A stretch of 63,388 nucleotides of DNA, counting the filler, from Stramenopiles sp. TOSAG23-2 (taxonomy: Eukaryota), in assembly GCA_900128395.1 (NCBI GenBank). It is 26 parts of 26 records of this genome, joined end to end, with 100 filler letters (N's around TTAATTAATTAA, not from the genome) between each part and the next. Parts side by side here need not be neighbours in the genome. Positions count along the whole stretch, not along the records: positions 56,208 to 58,537 come from LT651839.1; positions 58,638 to 60,966 come from LT651840.1; positions 61,067 to 63,388 come from LT651841.1; 23 more parts are not named here. The stretch is one strand, 5' to 3'. Below, one piece after another: positions 57,989 to 63,388 of the stretch; position 1 is the stretch's first letter, and each line of letters opens with the position of its first letter. The notes under the pieces were generated by a model, which searched no databases, was not told the origin of the DNA, and was given only the letters and a program-made list of their open reading frames with translations. The position numbers were made by a program, and so were the translations under genes.

Positions 57989-58637
57989 GGTAGATGGTAT
58001 ATAATGATAATCTCCTATATTATAATAATGATGTTTAAAATGATGGTTAAAATCTAAGATAGATTGCATCATATATGCATTGGTAAAATGGCAAAATAAT
58101 CATATTCTCGGCGTACACGCGTGATAATCAAATACGCTTCGTATGATAATTTAAATTTAATTTAACATTAACTTACTTCGTATAATACCATATTTTCGTA
58201 CGTAAAATTTAATTAATTCCCTTTAATATTTTTAAAAATAAAATTTAATACGAACGTATGGCATTTAATTTTTATAAAAATATTTACGAGTATTTATTTT
58301 AAATATAATTTACTAATTTACTCATTACGTATATTAAAAAAAAATATTTTGTACTCTTCCTCTCAAGACAATTGTCTGAATACATTGAGTTGTACTTCGT
58401 ACGTTAAATATATTTGTGTACAGTGTACACAATACACACACACATACGCGTTTTCCCTTTTTTCTTTATTTTTTTTCTCCTTGTAATATCTTTAATTTTC
58501 AGATTTTTCGACACAAAATGTAATTTAAAAGAACACANNNNNNNNNNNNNNNNNNNNNNNNNNNNNNNNNNNNNNNNNNNNTTAATTAATTAANNNNNNN
58601 NNNNNNNNNNNNNNNNNNNNNNNNNNNNNNNNNNNNN

Positions 58638-59272
58638 GTACTAAAGCCTAATGCACCATGTGCAACAGCTTCACGAACTATGTCTTCCATTTGATTAATC
58701 TCATCTTCTGTGATGATATCATTTGCTGGGCCCCCAGGCTTATCACTTAAACTTGCCCGCTCACCCAAAACATATGCACGTAGTGGCGCGTGTCCAATCA
58801 TAACTCCAACATCGGCTGCAAGATCTAAAGCGTCTAATTTGTCTAGGTATTGTGGAAATGTTTCCCAAGACCAATCGATTCCAATATTTAGTGCTGCACC
58901 GGGTATATCCTCAACACTTTCAACTAGTTGCAGTAAAAACTCTCTCTCTTTCACTGAAGGGCGTATTGGTGCAAACCCAATCCCACAGTTCCCCATAATA
59001 AGTGTTGTTACACCGCAAGAAGCAGATGGTGATAAATATGGGTCCCAAGTAACCTGCCCATCGTAGTGGCAATGCTGATCAATCCATCCAGGTGTAATAT
59101 ATTTACCAACACAGTCAATTAACTTATCATTTTCCTCAACAATGGGGCCTTTCCCGTTGAGCCAAGGTTTGATTTGTTCAATAATATCGTTGTTTATATA
59201 TATATCACCTTGATATGCAGGTCGATTTCCAGTGCCATCCACAATGGTGCCACCAAGTAATAATGTTTTCAT
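58638..59272 (-). CDS. N-acyl-D-amino-acid deacylase (amidohydrolase), 3' truncated
   Basis: GGTIVDGTG, PGWIDQHCHYD, GVTTLIMGNCGIGFAP, WSWETFPQYLD, GHAPLRAYV, GALGFS. Confidence 0.92.
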
Positions 59273-60054
59273 ATTTAGAAACTTTATTTATATCAATTTA
59301 TTTATATATATATATGCATACCAAGTATACAATAATATGCATTTGAAACTAAAAACACGTTTGCACAAATAAATCAATGTGTATATGTTAAAGCTATTAG
59401 TGAAATAATATACAATTGTATATTGTTGTAATAAATAAATATTATTATCGGTAAGAGGTAAGACGCACGCACGCGTATTATATAATAATATACAGTGCTG
59501 TATAGTCGTGTATAGTATTAGTATGTAGTCATCTACGAGTAGTATGTTTTTATATATTGTAAATGAACCAATCTGCCGCCTGCTGGCCTGACCAGCTGAC
59601 TGCACTGCAGCTGTGTAAAGGTTTTCTAAAGATACTGTATTACTAGCTAGTCGTCTACCACCCTGGTGGTAGACTAGTGCTTGTGTTCTTTTGTGCCTGC
59701 CAGCCAGCCTCTTACAGCTTAATTGTATTCTTTCTGGAGAGTAGGAATTAATCATGAGTATCATATGCATTCCAGGCAATATATAAACATTACTTTGTAC
59801 GTAAAAATAAGTTTATGCAATTAATTAATATACTTATAATATACTCGTATATATGAGTAAGAGAAAATTATACTATGCATATATATATATATTATATTCG
59901 TACGAATAATCATTTTTGATTTGAGATGTTAATGTCCGGGAGTAAAAGAAATTTATATATATGAGTAAGAGAACATTTTATATATATCAAAAAAGATCAG
60001 CGCACACGTGCACATCATCAGTCTGCATCATGTTGCTCATCTTCTCCTTGTATA

Positions 60055-60966
60055 CTATATTTTATCTTCATTTTTTTTCCAATTTTGCGCCATTTGTAAA
60101 AATTTTAAGTTTGCAAATGCATTGTTAGAACTTTCATCTTGTTGGATATCTTCTGGAAATTCAAAATCGTAATATTCTTCCCAAATATCATTGACTTGGT
60201 CAATAATGCGCCTTTTTTTAATACGTTGTGGCATTTTTTTATCTAATTTGTCTATTTGAGCTTGGTTATTTGGAATATTCAATTCAAATGTTTTCCACTC
60301 TTCTAACATTAACGCCCTAGAATCTTGTTGCAACTGTTCTTTTAATGATTTGTAACTACGTTTGTATACCTCTCTTATTTTTAATATTAGTTTCTCCCTG
60401 CTTTCATCGCTTCTAGAAAAGGCATTTTCTTTTAAATAATTTACATATGCCAACCAAACTTTGACATGTACAGTTTGGGACAATAGACGTTCATATAAAA
60501 TTTCAACATTATCCCTATCATATGTATAATCATCGGTTCCATTGCCATCGACAAAAACAGGTGCAGTTGCAGCTGTGGTAGTGCTATTAGTGGTCGCAGT
60601 GCCAGGATCAGAAACACTCATATCATCATCATCATCGTCATTATTATTGTTACGTATTATTTTTTGTTCAAATTCAATATATTTTTTCCATATCAATTCT
60701 TTATCATCAATCTGGTCTTGTTGCAAAGCCAGTTCATAAATACCACGCGTACGTTCATACTCTTCGATATCTTCTTCTAAATCTGCATACGCAATCCATA
60801 CATCGCTATGATGTGGTTGATATTCTAAATATTTTTCATACAATTTACGTGTACGATCGACTTCTCCTAATGACAATTCTAATTCAATATATGCTTTAAA
60901 TAATTTCGGTTTTGGACATTTTCCTAATGCAACTCCCATCATTTTACGTGCAGTATCAATATCTTT
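60055..60966 (-). CDS. CRNKL1: Crooked-neck/Clf1 spliceosomal HAT-repeat protein, C-terminal part
   Basis: CPKPKLFKAYIELE, RKLYEKYLE, ELIWKKYIEFE, HVKVW, WEEYYDFEFPED, KFLQMAQNWKK. Confidence 0.93.
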   Translation of the reverse strand, partial: KDIDTARKMMGVALGKCPKPKLFKAYIELELSLGEVDRTRKLYEKYLEYQPHHSDVWIAYADLEEDIEEYERTRGIYELALQQDQIDDKELIWKKYIEFEQKIIRNNNNDDDDDDMSVSDPGTATTNSTTTAATAPVFVDGNGTDDYTYDRDNVEILYERLLSQTVHVKVWLAYVNYLKENAFSRSDESREKLILKIREVYKRSYKSLKEQLQQDSRALMLEEWKTFELNIPNNQAQIDKLDKKMPQRIKKRRIIDQVNDIWEEYYDFEFPEDIQQDESSNNAFANLKFLQMAQNWKKNEDKI

Positions 60967-61438
60967 NNNNNNNNNNNNNNNNNNNNNNNNNNNNNNNNNN
61001 NNNNNNNNNNTTAATTAATTAANNNNNNNNNNNNNNNNNNNNNNNNNNNNNNNNNNNNNNNNNNNNAAAATTATTATTGATGGTTTAGGTTATATTTTAA
61101 AAAAAATTATATTAATATCATAATGATACACTATGTATCATATTGGATTATATATAGTTTTATACGGACGGTTTTATAAAAAACACTTCTCGTATATACA
61201 TCTTGCACACTTTATATACGCGTACTAAAATACTCTCTCTGTCCATCTGCCATTTATCTACGATACGCTATTGATGTATAATATATAAAATGAGATACGT
61301 CATTAGAGTATGCATATAATATCATATGTCATTATATATATATATGGTGTTAGTGATAATTGATTTTTTTATTATTCTTTTAAGAATATACAAGATACGA
61401 GTATATATTTGAATTAAAATTGATAATAGGGGGTAATG

Positions 61439-61586
61439 TTTGAGTTCATACAAGGCTGAAACTTATTAAATAGCTAGAGTCGCACATTAGTTATTTGCGT
61501 CCCCAAAGGGTGAAGTCTACAGCGGGGCTCAACTCTTTTTGCAAAAAGGAACCCACAGACGTAAACTTGCGTAATCATCACTCAAA
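61439..61586 (-). ncRNA. Box C/D snoRNA guiding 2'-O-methylation in 18S rRNA
   Basis: 7-bp terminal stem TTTGAGT/ACTCAAA; box C variant ATGATTA and box D variant ATGA forming a kink-turn; guide TAAGTTTCAGCCTTG is complementary to the conserved 18S sequence CAAGGCTGAAACTTA. Confidence 0.85.
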
Positions 61587-61768
61587 AAATATATTTTTTG
61601 TTTTGCTTGTTTTGCAAATCTTGCCGCGCTATGTCATCTAGATGCCATTCTTTCTTTTTATCAAAAGTTACACCTGACCGGCTTAATTTACGGCGTATTT
61701 AAGCAATATATATTTGTATATATATATATATACACACACATGTATATAGATGTGTATGACAATTTAAC

Positions 61769-63346
61769 TTACTTTTTGTTTGTATTTCTTCCTTCCATAT
61801 CAGCAATTTCAATGCCAAAAGCTTTATTCACAGTTTCCCTAGCCCCACCACCATTGATTGCATCATCAAAAATGGGTTCCTTTTTGTTACCGTTACGGCA
61901 TTGCGCCAATTTGGCTTTCAACACTGTATATAAGTCAGACTCTTCAGTAGCTTCAAGCAATCTAACGATTGTGTATGATATTATTGCACAGGTCATATCT
62001 AATGCAACAGTGATTGCGACGTAAAATACACTATTGTTGGGTCCAAAACTATGCAATAAGGTTATGATGAAAATGCAATATCCATCTATTCCCATTATAA
62101 GTAAATAACGCTTCATCAAAACCGTGATAAAAAAAAAACGTTTCGACTTTATCACTTTGGCTGCATCAGTCGATACACTACTTTCAGGCACAACCAAACT
62201 AGCATCCAAACTAATAGTACTGTCGTCTTCATGGATCTCTTTCTTGTCTTTCCCTACAACATCGTTCGTTCCATTATCATTTTCATCAATACTACGACCT
62301 ATGTCGCTTAGATTGCTTACATGTTTTACCATCTTAGGAGATTGATCTTTTCCATCTAATACGGATTTTAATCGAGCAATTTTTCGTATTAATGTCATTC
62401 CATAATAAAATGTAAATGTGGAGAAACCCAACACAATCGTGCCAAGGGTTATAGCATTAATATTGTACCAATTATCTGATTGCTTCACAATATGAAAATT
62501 ATTTAGAAAAAGATGTATGAATAGTGCAAATAGAAGGAACAAGCATATACGTCTTATTAAACGTGGTAGCCATTTCTTTGCTTTTTTACCACATTTTTTA
62601 TCCATACCAGGACTACCAGTGCGCAAAATTAATTTCGTATATGCACCAAATAATTGTACAAATGCAACTAAACCAAAAATATGAGATGTGGTAGTTAAAA
62701 AATAGCCAATATCTTTACTAAATATACCACGTAAATACAATGGATCAACAGCGTTGCGTAGGAAAAATATAGTGGTTGATATTGTTATATATACAGCTGA
62801 AGACACTGTTAAACCGCAGTTACAAGCTAAATAATTCGTTTTCTTTTGCCATAACAATGCATTTGCGCTATTTTCTCTCATTAATCGCATTGCTTTCATA
62901 TTATTAACCTTTCGACGCTTCTTAATTTTTTTAAACAGAACAAGCCACGCACTTACCGTAACATATAATTGTGTGGGAACATTTAGAATATAATAAATAA
63001 AATAACTAACAGTGGCAGCTATATCATCAGACAATAGATGTTTACAATTTTCCCCGACAAACGGATCGCGACAAAGACACAATTGACTTCCATCTTCAAT
63101 AGTGGTTTTATCACATGCTGCCATGGTTCCCATCAATATGTTGTCATTATATTTTGGTTTAACAAATTTTGGACATTCGTTCGTGCGTATAGCTTCTGTA
63201 CAATTATTTGATTTAATTTGAAATTTCAGCGTTAACGACGATACATTATTATTACAAGTGAAAAGAATCAATAAAAAAAATCCATAGACAACGAAGGAAA
63301 GCGTTCCTATCCGACGACGACAATGTTTATTATTTACAATATACAT
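61769..63346 (-). CDS. Signal peptide + EGF-like domain + ~7-TM receptor-like protein
   Basis: Hydrophobic leader, CLCRDPFVGENC EGF end, then about seven hydrophobic helices with a long loop before the last two. Confidence 0.7.
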   Translation of the reverse strand: MYIVNNKHCRRRIGTLSFVVYGFFLLILFTCNNNVSSLTLKFQIKSNNCTEAIRTNECPKFVKPKYNDNILMGTMAACDKTTIEDGSQLCLCRDPFVGENCKHLLSDDIAATVSYFIYYILNVPTQLYVTVSAWLVLFKKIKKRRKVNNMKAMRLMRENSANALLWQKKTNYLACNCGLTVSSAVYITISTTIFFLRNAVDPLYLRGIFSKDIGYFLTTTSHIFGLVAFVQLFGAYTKLILRTGSPGMDKKCGKKAKKWLPRLIRRICLFLLFALFIHLFLNNFHIVKQSDNWYNINAITLGTIVLGFSTFTFYYGMTLIRKIARLKSVLDGKDQSPKMVKHVSNLSDIGRSIDENDNGTNDVVGKDKKEIHEDDSTISLDASLVVPESSVSTDAAKVIKSKRFFFITVLMKRYLLIMGIDGYCIFIITLLHSFGPNNSVFYVAITVALDMTCAIISYTIVRLLEATEESDLYTVLKAKLAQCRNGNKKEPIFDDAINGGGARETVNKAFGIEIADMEGRNTNKK

Positions 63347-63388
63347 GCGATTCTATTGTGTGCATTTCTCTACATATATATATATATA

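Noticed and set aside
2358-61066. Regularly spaced TTAATTAATTAA repeats as a CRISPR-like or biological array
   Set aside because: Always embedded in fixed-length N runs; a synthetic six-frame-stop contig linker.
61451-61465. 18S rRNA gene fragment
   Set aside because: Only 15 nt match and the flanks are not rRNA; it is the antisense guide of a snoRNA.
61495-61535. RNase MRP RNA (ACAGCGGGGCTCA resembles the CR-V motif)
   Set aside because: The only GTCCCC partner is ~20 nt upstream, too close for the MRP fold; the opposite-strand C/D snoRNA explains the region better.

Overview
This window is not one locus. It is 26 unrelated contigs of about 2.3 kb, sorted by length and joined by an artificial 100-nt spacer (N-run, TTAATTAATTAA, N-run), so gene adjacency across spacers is meaningless. 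The DNA is from an AT-rich, intron-poor eukaryote: it has one clear GT-AG intron, poly-Asn tracts, a HECT ligase, an STE20 kinase, crooked-neck, a PPR protein and the flagellar protein CFAP73. A flagellated protist, plausibly a stramenopile single-cell or metagenome assembly, is my inference. Most contigs hold one or two, often truncated, housekeeping genes. Highlights: (1) a Nup98-type autoprotease domain with an intact HF|S site, fused not to Nup96 but to a SAM-like domain and a TIR domain that keeps its catalytic Glu, a candidate self-cleaving SARM1/NLRP1-like immune or cell-death protein; (2) a very divergent, apparently slicer-dead PIWI/Argonaute; (3) an unannotated box C/D snoRNA with compensated C/D boxes and a 15-nt 18S rRNA guide; (4) a contig with an exact 55-nt terminal overlap (circle or collapsed tandem array); (5) an expanded F-box-like/ankyrin family; (6) a THAP-DDE (ISL2EU-like) transposase and a Ty3/gypsy remnant. 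All domain calls come from motif recognition by eye; no searches were run.
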